64,000 nt of DNA from Methanothrix sp. (GTDB taxonomy: Archaea; Halobacteriota; Methanosarcinia; Methanotrichales; Methanotrichaceae): NCBI RefSeq assembly GCF_011620785.1, contig NZ_WOYM01000058.1; one strand, 5' to 3'. The notes under the pieces are model-generated. The model made no database searches. It worked only from the letters and a program-made list of their open reading frames with translations, and was not told the origin of the DNA. The stretch's first letter is position 1, and the number at the start of each line of letters is the position of its first letter. Made by a program: the position numbers and the translations under genes. This document shows, piece by piece, positions 55,373-64,000 of the stretch.

Positions 55373-57049
55373 TTACGTGCACCTCCATGAGGATAGCAGG
55401 CCAGCAGGAATCTCCATCCGTACGTCCAGGAGCTTTCCTACCGTCGACCATCCCCGAATCATATTGAAGACCTCGCTGGAAGTGACCAGAGCTTCAGCGG
55501 CATACTCCTCGATCCCCAGGCGACCTGCTCTCTCCACGAGAAGCCTCTTTGCCAGCTGCTCGGCCTGAGCCAGAGACATCTGCTTCTCATTCACTTTGCC
55601 CATGATCCCATCCTCTGCAGTCACATACTCACCCCTCTCGGTATCGATATGAAGGTTAAGGGTGATGGTAGGCCGGGCAACGGCAGCACCAATGGCATTG
55701 GCAACCGCAGCATGCTCAGGCACAATCGAGGCCACCTTCAGCCGGGAGGCGATAAGAGGCACCAAAGCGGGGGCAGCTCCCCCCACCCCAACCACATTCT
55801 GCGCCTCGAGCTTCTCCTTTTTCATGATCTCCCAGATGCGATAAGCAGGCTCCTGCTCCCACTCCCGGAACATCTCATTGACCTGTGAGGCGATCTTCTC
55901 CACCACAGAATCTAACACCATCTCTGCTGCCTTTTCTATAGTGCAGTTCATCCTGCTTGCCAGCCCTGCCATCGCCTCCCTTGCTCGCCCCAGGTCGCCG
56001 ACGCTCGACCGGCCCAAGAAGCGCAGAGCATCGGTGGGAGTGGGGCCCGTGCCCCCCAAACAGAAGGGCGAGCCGTTTCTCTGCGGGCCCACTGTCAGGC
56101 AATCGCCGGTGATATTCACTGCACTGTCCCCGCCAATGGCAACGGACCTTACGGCAAAAGCGCGCACATGAGTCAGCATAGAATCCACTCGCGCCCCTTT
56201 AGAGGAGAGCAGCGGACTGCCGGAGAGGATGAGAGCCAGGTCTGTCGTCGTGCCGCCGACGTCCACCACTACGGAGGTCTGGCCAGGAGGAGTCAGGGCC
56301 ATGACCCCCATGATGCTGGCCGCAGGCCCGGAGAAGATGGTCTCCACCGGCATTTCCAGCGATCCCTCCAAAGGCAGGGTTCCGCCGTCTGCCTTCAGGA
56401 TATAAACGGGAGCGGTGATCCGCCTCTCCTCCAGAGCCCTGGATATGGCAAGAGCGAACCTCGCATAGCTCTCTTTGGTGGCCAGGGTGAGCTTTGTGGT
56501 GGCAGCCCTCCGGGGGAAGTTGAGGCGACCAGATACCCGATGGCCCAGCTCGATCTTGGATCCGGGCAGGATTTGGGACATGATCTGGGATACCTTATCC
56601 TCGTGAGCCGGATTTCTCTGGCTGAACTTTCCCACCACTGCCACCCTCGAGACTCCACTCTCCTTTATCCTGGCGGCGGCCTCTTTTATCTGGGATTCAT
56701 TCAACCGGTCGATCTCCTTGCCCCGGAAGTCTATGGCTCCATCGAGAATGATGGACTGGCCCAGGTTGTAGTCCCGAGGATTGGTACCCGGGCCCGGGAT
56801 CAAGACCAGGGTCACGGGGTCCGTCTTCTTCTCGGCAATCATATTTGTGATCAGAGTGGTGCTTAAAACCACCCTTTCGATCTTGCTGACGTCCACTCCT
56901 CTGACCAGATCATCCAGAGCCCCCAGCAAGCATCCCAGCAGATCATTGTGATCCGTAGGCACATAGGCCGTCTTCTCCACCCGGCTGCCATCCACTAAAA
57001 CAGCATCAGTGGTGGTTCCGCCGACATCTATTCCAATAAGCATTTTCAT
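55373..57049 (-). CDS. hydantoinase/oxoprolinase-family (HyuA-like, ASKHA ATPase) protein
   Basis: 558 aa. The N-terminus is MLIGIDVGGTTTDAVLV, and a second phosphate-loop-like VVDVGGTTTDLALI is present. The stop TAA is immediately followed by the HDAC ATG. Confidence 0.85.
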   Translation of the reverse strand: MKMLIGIDVGGTTTDAVLVDGSRVEKTAYVPTDHNDLLGCLLGALDDLVRGVDVSKIERVVLSTTLITNMIAEKKTDPVTLVLIPGPGTNPRDYNLGQSIILDGAIDFRGKEIDRLNESQIKEAAARIKESGVSRVAVVGKFSQRNPAHEDKVSQIMSQILPGSKIELGHRVSGRLNFPRRAATTKLTLATKESYARFALAISRALEERRITAPVYILKADGGTLPLEGSLEMPVETIFSGPAASIMGVMALTPPGQTSVVVDVGGTTTDLALILSGSPLLSSKGARVDSMLTHVRAFAVRSVAIGGDSAVNITGDCLTVGPQRNGSPFCLGGTGPTPTDALRFLGRSSVGDLGRAREAMAGLASRMNCTIEKAAEMVLDSVVEKIASQVNEMFREWEQEPAYRIWEIMKKEKLEAQNVVGVGGAAPALVPLIASRLKVASIVPEHAAVANAIGAAVARPTITLNLHIDTERGEYVTAEDGIMGKVNEKQMSLAQAEQLAKRLLVERAGRLGIEEYAAEALVTSSEVFNMIRGWSTVGKLLDVRMEIPAGLLSSWRCT

Positions 57050-57187
57050 TCGCCTTTCGATAGGCGCTCTGGATCAGGATATATATCGGCTTTGTGGTCT
57101 TTTGGAAGATATAACTGGCAAGTCCCGTGGAGAGCATGTGGCCATTTTGCCGGGAGCGAGGGATAGGCGAAAAGGCCTCAGTCCCCT

Positions 57188-57421
57188 CTAATCCAGCGCA
57201 CGAATGAGCGGCTTTATCTCATAGACATCCAGCTGCCTTTGAATGGTAAACAGCTGATTGCCCATCTGATGGCTCTTGAGAAGGGAGTTCCCCACATCCT
57301 TTGGCAGATAAAACTCCTCTTCCCCGAGCTTCACCCGGAAGAACTTCCTGCTCTTGCCCAGCTCCATGCCGCTATATCTGCCTGTGACCTTCTCGCCGAC
57401 CTTAAGAATTCGAGGCTCCAT
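57188..57421 (-). CDS. hypothetical protein
   Basis: 77-aa ORF upstream of the hydantoinase gene on the same strand, separated by a 138-nt gap. I recognise no family. Confidence 0.45.
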   Translation of the reverse strand: MEPRILKVGEKVTGRYSGMELGKSRKFFRVKLGEEEFYLPKDVGNSLLKSHQMGNQLFTIQRQLDVYEIKPLIRALD

Positions 57422-57489
57422 AGAGTTTCACCTCATTGATTATTATGTTTGTATCTTGCTACTACTTCTATCTTCCGATCGGAGGCTGA

Positions 57490-57803
57490 AGACAAAGCAA
57501 TTATCATGCTCATCCTCTATACCGTATACCTGGTACCCATCTTCAAAGGATGCGCTAGTGGCCATTTACTACGCCATCGGCGGGCTGCCGGCGATAATCC
57601 GGGTGGGATTCATCCAGGGCATATTGATGCTGATAGGGGCCGTCTTCCTCTACGGCGACCTGATCTCCGCTGGCGGCAGCCTGGATATCTGGGAGAGAAT
57701 TCCCCTTGATGTGCTCAGCATGGGTATCATCGCCTGCTGCGTCCTGGTGCCACTTTTCTTGGGCATCTTCTGGCAGAGAGGCAATGAGACGGCTGATCTG
57801 CGG
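57490..57803 (+). pseudogene. remnant of a sodium:solute symporter (SSS) gene
   Basis: LVAIYYAIGGLPAIIRVGFIQGILMLIGAVF is comparable to the Y-x-GGL-x-AV-x-TD-x-IQ region. It is joined directly to VLVPLFLGIFWQRGNE, a late-TM motif. An upstream piece lies in another frame (IIMLILYTVYLVPIF). No start or full TM set is present. Confidence 0.5.
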
Positions 57804-58089
57804 TACAGCAGCATATCTCATCGGCAGCCTGGCGACGAGACGGCCGGAAGGGGTGAAGGCTACAGGTTAGATATAAAACGGCTAATAGGAGGAGGAACAG
57901 CCCCGTTCTTCCGCCTATTTTGCCAAATTTTTTACTGAATATCATTGAATTATGGACCGATTGGAGGATCAATTGGCAGTGATCCGACCGCTGCTCGCCA
58001 CCTCTTTGAGGAGCCAGAGAAGGATACTTTTGGATTAAATTAATATACCGAATCGGAGAGGCATATCATAACCATCAGGAGGGAATAAT

Positions 58090-58356
58090 TTGGCTGAAAT
58101 GAGAAACTTTGCCCTGAGGGACGCCCAGGGAAATGAGATTGGAGTTTTCACGGGAAAATCGCCCAGGCAAGCGGCACTGAAAGCCGCTAACCGCGGCTAC
58201 ACAGAGATAAAGCTGCGTGAGCGTGGCACCAAGAAGGTGCACATCTTCTCAGGAGAGAGGGTGCAGGTAGACAAGCCAGCAGGAGCACCTGCCTGGATGC
58301 CGGACAAAATATGGAAGCCAAAGGTGAAGAAGGTGGGCATCGAGAAGCTGGATTAG
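58090..58356 (+). CDS. chromosomal protein MC1
   Basis: The sequence MRNFALRDAQGNEIGVFTGKSPRQAALKAANRGYTEIKLRERGTKKVHIFSGERVQVDKPAGAPAWMPDKIWKPKVKKVGIEKLD closely parallels Methanosarcina MC1. The start is TTG 58090 or ATG 58099. Confidence 0.9.
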   Translation: MAEMRNFALRDAQGNEIGVFTGKSPRQAALKAANRGYTEIKLRERGTKKVHIFSGERVQVDKPAGAPAWMPDKIWKPKVKKVGIEKLD

Positions 58357-58488
58357 GTCTAAGCCATATCTAAAGCCTCAGACAAAGAAGCGCAGCCTCT
58401 TATCAGGTCTGCGCCGAACCCTTGCCTTCAAAACCAAAATGGCATATTGAGCTTACGCTGCTATATTTCCTCTCCATTCTGGCATAGC

Positions 58489-59793
58489 CTAGGGCACAAG
58501 GCGCCTTCGATCTCTGGGAAAGATCACCGCATCACGAATGTTCTCCAGATTGAGCATGGTCATCACCAGGCGGGACAGCCCCAGACCCCAACCGGCATGA
58601 GGGGGCATTCCATAGCGAAATGCCCGAAGATAGAATTCAAAGCCATCTGGATCCAGCCCCTTCTCCTTTATCCTCTCCACCAGCAGGCTGTAGTCGTGCA
58701 CCCTCTGCGCCCCGCTGGCCAGCTCCATCCTCGGGTGCATGAGATCGAATCCCCGGCAGATCTCAGGTTTGTCCTCATAAGGCAGGGTATAATAGGGCTT
58801 GATTGATGATGGCCAGTCGATCAGGAAGTAATGCTCTCCAATGCTCTCTCCTAAGAATCTCTCCGTCTCTGTATCCAGGTCGTCGCCCCATTGCATCCTG
58901 GCCCCAGCCTTCTCTTCCGCCAGCTCCAGAGCACGGGTGTAGGTGATCCTCTTGAAGGGAAGGCGGGGCACCTCCAGCTCCATATTCAAAACCCCCAGCT
59001 GGCGGCGGCAGTTATCAGCCACATAGCTATATGCCCCAGCCACCGCCTCCTCCAGGATCTCCATTACATCCTTGTCGTCGGCAAAGCTGACCTCCAGGTC
59101 TATGGAGATGGCCTCATTCAGATGGCGCCTGGTATCATGCTCCTCCGCCCGGAATATGGGACCGATCTCATAAACCCGGTCCATGCCCGCTCCCATCAGC
59201 ATCTGTTTGTAGAGCTGCGGGCTCTGGTTCAAGAAGGCCTCCTTCTCAAAGTAGCTGATGGGAAAGAGATCGGTCCCTCCCTCTGTGGCTGCGGCCACGA
59301 TCTTGGGGGTGAAGACCTCAACTATCCCCTTCTTATGGAAATAGTCCCTGAGGCTGCAAAGGACTGCGCTCTCGATCTCGAATGCGGCCAGGACGCTGGG
59401 CCGGCGGATGTCCATGAACCTGGAGTCAAGGCGGGTGTCAAGCTCGCACTCCACCTTCTCCGTGGGATCCAAAGGAAGAGGCACCTGGGCGGCGCTCAAA
59501 ACCTGAATCTCCGTGGGAAGGATCTCATATCCTCGCGGAGCCTTGGCCTCCGCCTTAACATTCCCCCGGACCATAACCACACTCTCCCGGCTGATGGAGC
59601 GCGCCATCTTGAAAACATCCTTTCCCAGGAGCTTCTTGACCAGAGTTATCTGAGCCATTCCCTCTCTGTCCCTGAGCACCAGGAAAGCTATGCCCCCCAG
59701 GTCCCTGATCTCATGGGCGAAGCCCGCCAGCATGACCTCTTTTCCGTCCATATCCGCAGATATTTGGCCTGAATAATGAGTTCTGAGGATCAA
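58489..59793 (-). CDS. aspS: aspartyl-tRNA synthetase, archaeal type
   Basis: 434 aa. The N-terminal OB fold reads [26 protein letters not shown]. The class II motifs are [14 protein letters not shown] and [11 protein letters not shown]. Confidence 0.95.
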   Translation of the reverse strand: MILRTHYSGQISADMDGKEVMLAGFAHEIRDLGGIAFLVLRDREGMAQITLVKKLLGKDVFKMARSISRESVVMVRGNVKAEAKAPRGYEILPTEIQVLSAAQVPLPLDPTEKVECELDTRLDSRFMDIRRPSVLAAFEIESAVLCSLRDYFHKKGIVEVFTPKIVAAATEGGTDLFPISYFEKEAFLNQSPQLYKQMLMGAGMDRVYEIGPIFRAEEHDTRRHLNEAISIDLEVSFADDKDVMEILEEAVAGAYSYVADNCRRQLGVLNMELEVPRLPFKRITYTRALELAEEKAGARMQWGDDLDTETERFLGESIGEHYFLIDWPSSIKPYYTLPYEDKPEICRGFDLMHPRMELASGAQRVHDYSLLVERIKEKGLDPDGFEFYLRAFRYGMPPHAGWGLGLSRLVMTMLNLENIRDAVIFPRDRRRLVP

Positions 59794-59898
59794 TTCATCT
59801 CACGGCTGCGAGAAGGAATTCCTGATATAAAAGCAGTCTGATCTACATGCAGTAGATATATCTGCTAAGGGGATGATAACCTATCCGGGTTTATAGCC

Positions 59899-60105
59899 AT
59901 GGCCTCACTCCACGAACTCCTGAGCCAGAAGGATTTCTGGATTTTGCTCTTCTTCTTAGGATGGGTGCTGCTCAACTGGCCTATGCTATCCTTAGCCGAA
60001 GGCATAATTCTGCTGGGCATGCCTGCGATACTCATCTACATATCTGCAGTCTGGATGATACTCATTCTCCTGATGTACCTCTTTGACCGGGGGAATTCTA
60101 GTTGA
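59899..60105 (+). CDS. small 2-TM membrane protein translationally coupled to the SLC5-DUF835 gene
   Basis: 68 aa with two hydrophobic spans. Its stop overlaps the TTG start of 60102..63287 by 4 nt. Confidence 0.6.
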   Translation: MASLHELLSQKDFWILLFFLGWVLLNWPMLSLAEGIILLGMPAILIYISAVWMILILLMYLFDRGNSS

Positions 60106-63100
60106 TAGGCCAGAATACCGCTCTTGTGGTTATGGTGCTCTATCTGCTCCTTCTCTTCGCCATAGCCAGGTTCTCAGACAATAGAAAGCTAGAGGGCAAG
60201 AGCATCGTCAGCAATCCCTATGTATATGCCCTCTCCCTATCCGTATATGTCTCCGCATGGACCTTTTACGGCTCCGTAGGAAGAGCAGCATCTACCGGCC
60301 TGGAATTTTTGCCTATATATTTAGGGCCTATCCTGGCTATGACACTGGGCTGGGTGCTCATCAGAAAGATGATTCGCGTATCAAAGGAGTACCGCCTCAC
60401 CTCCATCAGCGATTTCTTGAGCTTTCGCTACGGCAGGAGCTATGCCATCGGGGCAGTGGTTGCTCTGCTCAGCCTGGTCATGGTAACCCCTTATGTGGCT
60501 TTGCAGCTGATAGCCATTTCCACCTCATTAGAGACTCTGGCCGAATCCCATACCCTCCTGAGCTTCTCCTGGGAGAGCACCCTGGTGGTGGCCCTTCTCC
60601 TGGGTATATTCGCCATGATCTTCGGCGCCCGCCAGCTAGACCCCATGGAACGGCATGAGGGTCTGATTGCTGTGGTGGCCTTTGAATCCCTGGTGAAGCT
60701 GGTGGCTTTTCTGATGATAGGGCTATTCGTTGCCTACGGAATCTTTGGAGGTTATGGGGATATCTTCAGCCAGATGGCTGAGCAGGCTCGCAGCAATCCG
60801 AATTATTCCGACCTCATGGACGTGGAGTATCCCCTATGGTTCTCCCTGACCCTTGTGTCCTTCTTTGCCATACTATTCTTGCCCAGACAGTTTCATGTCA
60901 TGGTTGTGGAGAACTCGGAAGAGGGTCATCTGAAAAAGGCGATGTGGCTCTTTCCCCTCTACCTCCTGCTGATCAACCTTTTCGTTCCGGCCATCGCCTG
61001 GGGGGGGTTGCTCCTCAATACCCCCGGCCTCAAGGACTCCTTCATAATAACCATACCTTATAGCCACAATCAAAATCTTCTATCTCTTCTGGTCTTCATA
61101 GGAGGGACATCGGCAGCCACTGCCATGATTCTTGTCGAGTCCGTGGCCGTCGGCACGATGCTGCTTAACGACCTGGAGCTGCCCTATATTCTGCGCCATA
61201 TTAAAAAGCAGAAGAACCTGGCCAATGCACTCCTCAATACCAGAAGGCTGAATATACTCCTGGTTGTCCTTCTGGGATACCTCTACTCCCATGTTGCTGC
61301 CTATCAGATCCTGGCAGATATTGGTATCGTCTCATTTCTCGCTGCCAGTCAGCTGGCGCCAGCTGCTCTCGGAGGCCTTTATTGGAAAGGAGGAAACCGA
61401 AAAGGAGCTATGGCAGGTCTCGTTTCAGGATTTCTGCTCTGGTTCTACACCGCCCTGATACCCACCATAGCCGGGGACGAGGGCATGCTCTCAAGCCTGG
61501 TTAGAGATGGTGCCTTCGGCCTGGCTTTCCTCAGACCCACAGACCTATTCGGCCTCGGCCTTGACCAGTGGACCAACTCTGTATTCTGGACGCTGCTGGT
61601 CAACACCAGCCTTTACACCCTCGTATCCCTACTCACTAAGCCCAGTCTCGAGGAAGAAAGCATCGCTAAGTCATTCGTATACGGTGCAGAAAAAGCGATG
61701 GTACAGGGCCAGGAGCTGCCAGTTGAGCCCCGAGCTATGCTCTATGGAACAATAGGTGAGCTCGAGACGACCCTTGCAAAATATATAGGCGAAGAGAGAG
61801 CAAATCACCAGGTCGATTTTTATCTGAGACAGCTGGGAGCGACCCGAGAGACGGTAAGCACCAGGCAGCTTCAGGAGCTTTGGGACCAGTTCGAGAAGAT
61901 CCTCACCGGATCGGTAGGACCTTCTGCCACCAGGATGATTGTAGAGGAACAGGTTCCCGTAAAGCCAGTGGTGGAAGAGAAGAAGGAGACCCTTCCCACC
62001 TATGATCTGACGATGGGAAGGATATACATCGTGCCTGATATCGCTTATGAGGTCTTCACCGACCAGATCACCCATGGAGTGGAAGGGCTGTGTATCACCC
62101 ACTCCTCCCCGGTGGAGGTCAGGCTCCGTTGGGGATTCAAGGAGACGCCCATTATCAAGCTGAGCGATGAGAAGGGAAGCGATCGATACATCTCACCCCG
62201 CAATCTGCCCCTCCTATTCATAACCATAAAATCGTTCGTCGACTCCAGCAGAAACAGCATTGTCCTCATTGACAGCATAGAAAAGCTGGTGAATGAGAAC
62301 ATGTTCAAGGTTCCAGAGAGGGAGATACTGGACTTCGTCTATCAGATGGAGCTGCTGGGCAAAAGGACCCATCTGATCCTGGCTGAGAGAGAGGATTTTG
62401 TCCATATGGAACTGAATTCCAGCGTTAATGAAGCAAAAGAGCTATTGTTCACCCTGGGTCCCCTCTCAGAGTACCTCTTTCGGCTCTTCTCAGATACGAT
62501 GCTCTCCGCACTGAATGAAGGGGTGAGAAGAGACGCGGTTATGAAAGCCAATGAGCTCATTGCAGCAGGCGGATTCTTTGAGGCGGCTCCAAAGAGAGAT
62601 CAGCCCTCTGACGAAGCTGGGCCGGCCTGCGAGCCAGATATGCAGGATGCTCTGACCGCTATCCCCAGACTGAATATCGGACCAGGATTGGTGCTGACCA
62701 GGCACAGCTTCTTCCTCGCTTTAAGGAGGCTGGCCAGAATCATCAGAACATTTGATCCCACCTTCGATATCAAGGATTCATTGGCTGAGATCATGAAGAG
62801 CTATGGGAAGAGCCCATTTGAGGTATCGCTTATCCCAGGGACCACATATATCGTAGAGGAGGAGAAGCCCAAAAAGAGCCTGGAGGTATTCAGCGAGCTG
62901 GTAGCTCATGGAATGGAAGGGTTATGCCTCAGCCGACACAATCCCGAGACTCTGCAAGAGAGATTCAGCATACCCCCGGAGACAGTGATATGGCTGACCC
63001 AAAAGACCGAACCAGGATACAGAACGGTGGACCCCACGAACTTCCCCAGGTTGAGCGGCATGATCTCCGAATTCCTCGACAAGGCCAACTATCCAATCAT

Positions 63101-63287
63101 CCTCCTGGAAGGCATGGGCTACCTGATCACCCAGAGCAACTATGAGACTGTGCTCCGGTTCATTCAATTCCAGAGAGATGAGATCGCCATGAAGAACGCA
63201 ATAATGCTGATCCATATTGATCCGTTATCCTTGGATACAAAGGAGCTCCACCGTCTGGCAAGCGAGATGGAGCCGTTCAGAAGCTGA
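60102..63287 (+). CDS. CbrA-like SLC5/SSS transporter domain fused to a helical linker and two DUF835 domains
   Basis: 1061 aa. The N-terminal ~520 aa are polytopic, with YVYALSLSVYVSAWTFYGSVGRAASTGLEFLPIYLGP. DUF835-like copy 1 is GRIYIVPD...GVEGLCITHSSPVEV...IVLIDSIEKLV. Copy 2 is GTTYIVEEEKPKKSLEVFSELVAHGMEGLCLSRHNPETL...VIWLTQ...IILLEGMGYLI...LIHIDP. Confidence 0.9.
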   Translation: MIGQNTALVVMVLYLLLLFAIARFSDNRKLEGKSIVSNPYVYALSLSVYVSAWTFYGSVGRAASTGLEFLPIYLGPILAMTLGWVLIRKMIRVSKEYRLTSISDFLSFRYGRSYAIGAVVALLSLVMVTPYVALQLIAISTSLETLAESHTLLSFSWESTLVVALLLGIFAMIFGARQLDPMERHEGLIAVVAFESLVKLVAFLMIGLFVAYGIFGGYGDIFSQMAEQARSNPNYSDLMDVEYPLWFSLTLVSFFAILFLPRQFHVMVVENSEEGHLKKAMWLFPLYLLLINLFVPAIAWGGLLLNTPGLKDSFIITIPYSHNQNLLSLLVFIGGTSAATAMILVESVAVGTMLLNDLELPYILRHIKKQKNLANALLNTRRLNILLVVLLGYLYSHVAAYQILADIGIVSFLAASQLAPAALGGLYWKGGNRKGAMAGLVSGFLLWFYTALIPTIAGDEGMLSSLVRDGAFGLAFLRPTDLFGLGLDQWTNSVFWTLLVNTSLYTLVSLLTKPSLEEESIAKSFVYGAEKAMVQGQELPVEPRAMLYGTIGELETTLAKYIGEERANHQVDFYLRQLGATRETVSTRQLQELWDQFEKILTGSVGPSATRMIVEEQVPVKPVVEEKKETLPTYDLTMGRIYIVPDIAYEVFTDQITHGVEGLCITHSSPVEVRLRWGFKETPIIKLSDEKGSDRYISPRNLPLLFITIKSFVDSSRNSIVLIDSIEKLVNENMFKVPEREILDFVYQMELLGKRTHLILAEREDFVHMELNSSVNEAKELLFTLGPLSEYLFRLFSDTMLSALNEGVRRDAVMKANELIAAGGFFEAAPKRDQPSDEAGPACEPDMQDALTAIPRLNIGPGLVLTRHSFFLALRRLARIIRTFDPTFDIKDSLAEIMKSYGKSPFEVSLIPGTTYIVEEEKPKKSLEVFSELVAHGMEGLCLSRHNPETLQERFSIPPETVIWLTQKTEPGYRTVDPTNFPRLSGMISEFLDKANYPIILLEGMGYLITQSNYETVLRFIQFQRDEIAMKNAIMLIHIDPLSLDTKELHRLASEMEPFRS

Positions 63288-63328
63288 TTAGGAGAATTTT
63301 TAATAGCTAGTCTGCACTATATGCAGCT

Positions 63329-63571
63329 ATGATCGAAGTTGGAATAGTCTTACTGGCGGTTGTTCTCATATTCGGAGCCTTTCTTTTGCTGAGGTCCCTT
63401 AAAAGTTTCGTCATAAACGCAATCGCCGGCCTCTTCATTCTTTTCCTGGCCAATCAGTTCATCAGCGCGGATATCGGCTATAGCTGGCTGGTCATACTGA
63501 TTTGCGGAATTGGCGGGGCAGTTGGAGCAATCCTCTTGTTAGCCCTTCATTTCATAGGACTGGGATTCTAG
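63329..63571 (+). CDS. small membrane protein (BofA-like)
   Basis: 80 aa with 2-3 TM spans, including INAIAGLFILFLAN and ICGIGGAVGAILLLAL. The family call is tentative. Confidence 0.55.
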   Translation: MIEVGIVLLAVVLIFGAFLLLRSLKSFVINAIAGLFILFLANQFISADIGYSWLVILICGIGGAVGAILLLALHFIGLGF

Positions 63572-63710
63572 AATGGAGAGGGGCCTGAGAGGTGAGCAAA
63601 GTATAATGGCCCAATCGAGATGAGAGGCATCAAAAACCGGATGAACGGAGATAGCAAAGCCATAGAAGGAGATACAATCAGATTAATAAAAATGTATATT
63701 GGAAAATATA

Positions 63711-64000
63711 TCAGAGCCCCAAACGGGCTTGCTGGGGGACAATGACATTGGTCAGATCCTTCAGCCGGTAATCCTGCTGAAGTATTGACTTGAGCTTGCC
63801 GGAATACACGCTCAATGTTATCTCTTTAGTCCGGCCATATCTGCCCTTACTGATTACAATTGTATGCAAGATGCCAAGCATATCCAGCTCCGCAATGAGA
63901 TCTGTGATCCGGCGATGGGTGAGAAAATCGGTCTCTACCAGAGGACAGAGCTGTTTGTACATATTATAGACCGCACTGGTAGTGATGTTTCTCGTCCCTT
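63711..64000 (-). CDS. cdc6: Orc1/Cdc6 replication initiator, C-terminal winged-helix part; N-terminus beyond the right edge
   Basis: The reading frame stays open to position 64000 (..GTRNITTSAVYNMYKQLCPLVETDFLTHRRITDLIAELDMLGILHTIVISKGRYGRTKEITL). This is the typical Orc1/Cdc6 WH domain. Confidence 0.85.
   Translation of the reverse strand, partial: GTRNITTSAVYNMYKQLCPLVETDFLTHRRITDLIAELDMLGILHTIVISKGRYGRTKEITLSVYSGKLKSILQQDYRLKDLTNVIVPQQARLGL

Overview
The window is a euryarchaeal chromosomal segment. MC1, methanogen-type ThyA, CooC and NikR point to a Methanosarcinales-like methanogen or relative, possibly Methanothrix-like; this placement is an inference. Most of the window is housekeeping. 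It holds a split (Mbh-style) Mrp/Mnh antiporter cluster with three MrpD-like subunits (1-9116, minus strand), NikR plus fibrillarin, a Sec11-type signal peptidase and the PolD small subunit. It also holds ThiC, ArgD/HisC, Prs and the conserved PriS-GINS-L44e-S27e-aIF2alpha-Nop10-PAC2 block; nop10 was found by hand because it is below the ORF-track cutoff. Further genes are archaeal riboflavin synthase, rubrerythrin, ThyA, tRNA-Arg(CCG), S10/EF-1alpha/EF-2, LysC/PurM, CooC, class II RNR, AspRS, MC1 and a partial Orc1/Cdc6 at the right edge. The accessory content is one TnpB-only IS200/IS605-type element with matching TTCA-loop end hairpins and intact RuvC and zinc-finger motifs. There are also several decayed genes: two receiver-domain remnants, a pore-less voltage-sensor protein, an SSS-transporter remnant, an RND gene frameshifted at a G6 run, and an out-of-frame ATP-cone stub in front of nrdJ. 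I saw no CRISPR array, no rRNA and no obvious defence island. The candidates I rate most worth follow-up are listed here.
- A CbrA-like SLC5 transporter domain fused to two DUF835 domains, with a small coupled membrane ORF (59899-63287).
- A tightly coupled hydantoinase-like / HDAC-like / Cys-rich operon (53338-57049).
- A pair of secreted proteins with curlin-like repeats around a Cys-rich knot (15996-16960).
- A ~135-nt hairpin-containing direct repeat bracketing a single gene (29468-30773).
- A promoter-to-oligo-T GC island that may be a ~195-nt ncRNA (9366-9561).
None of these is proven. All functional calls rest on motif recognition by eye, with no database search.
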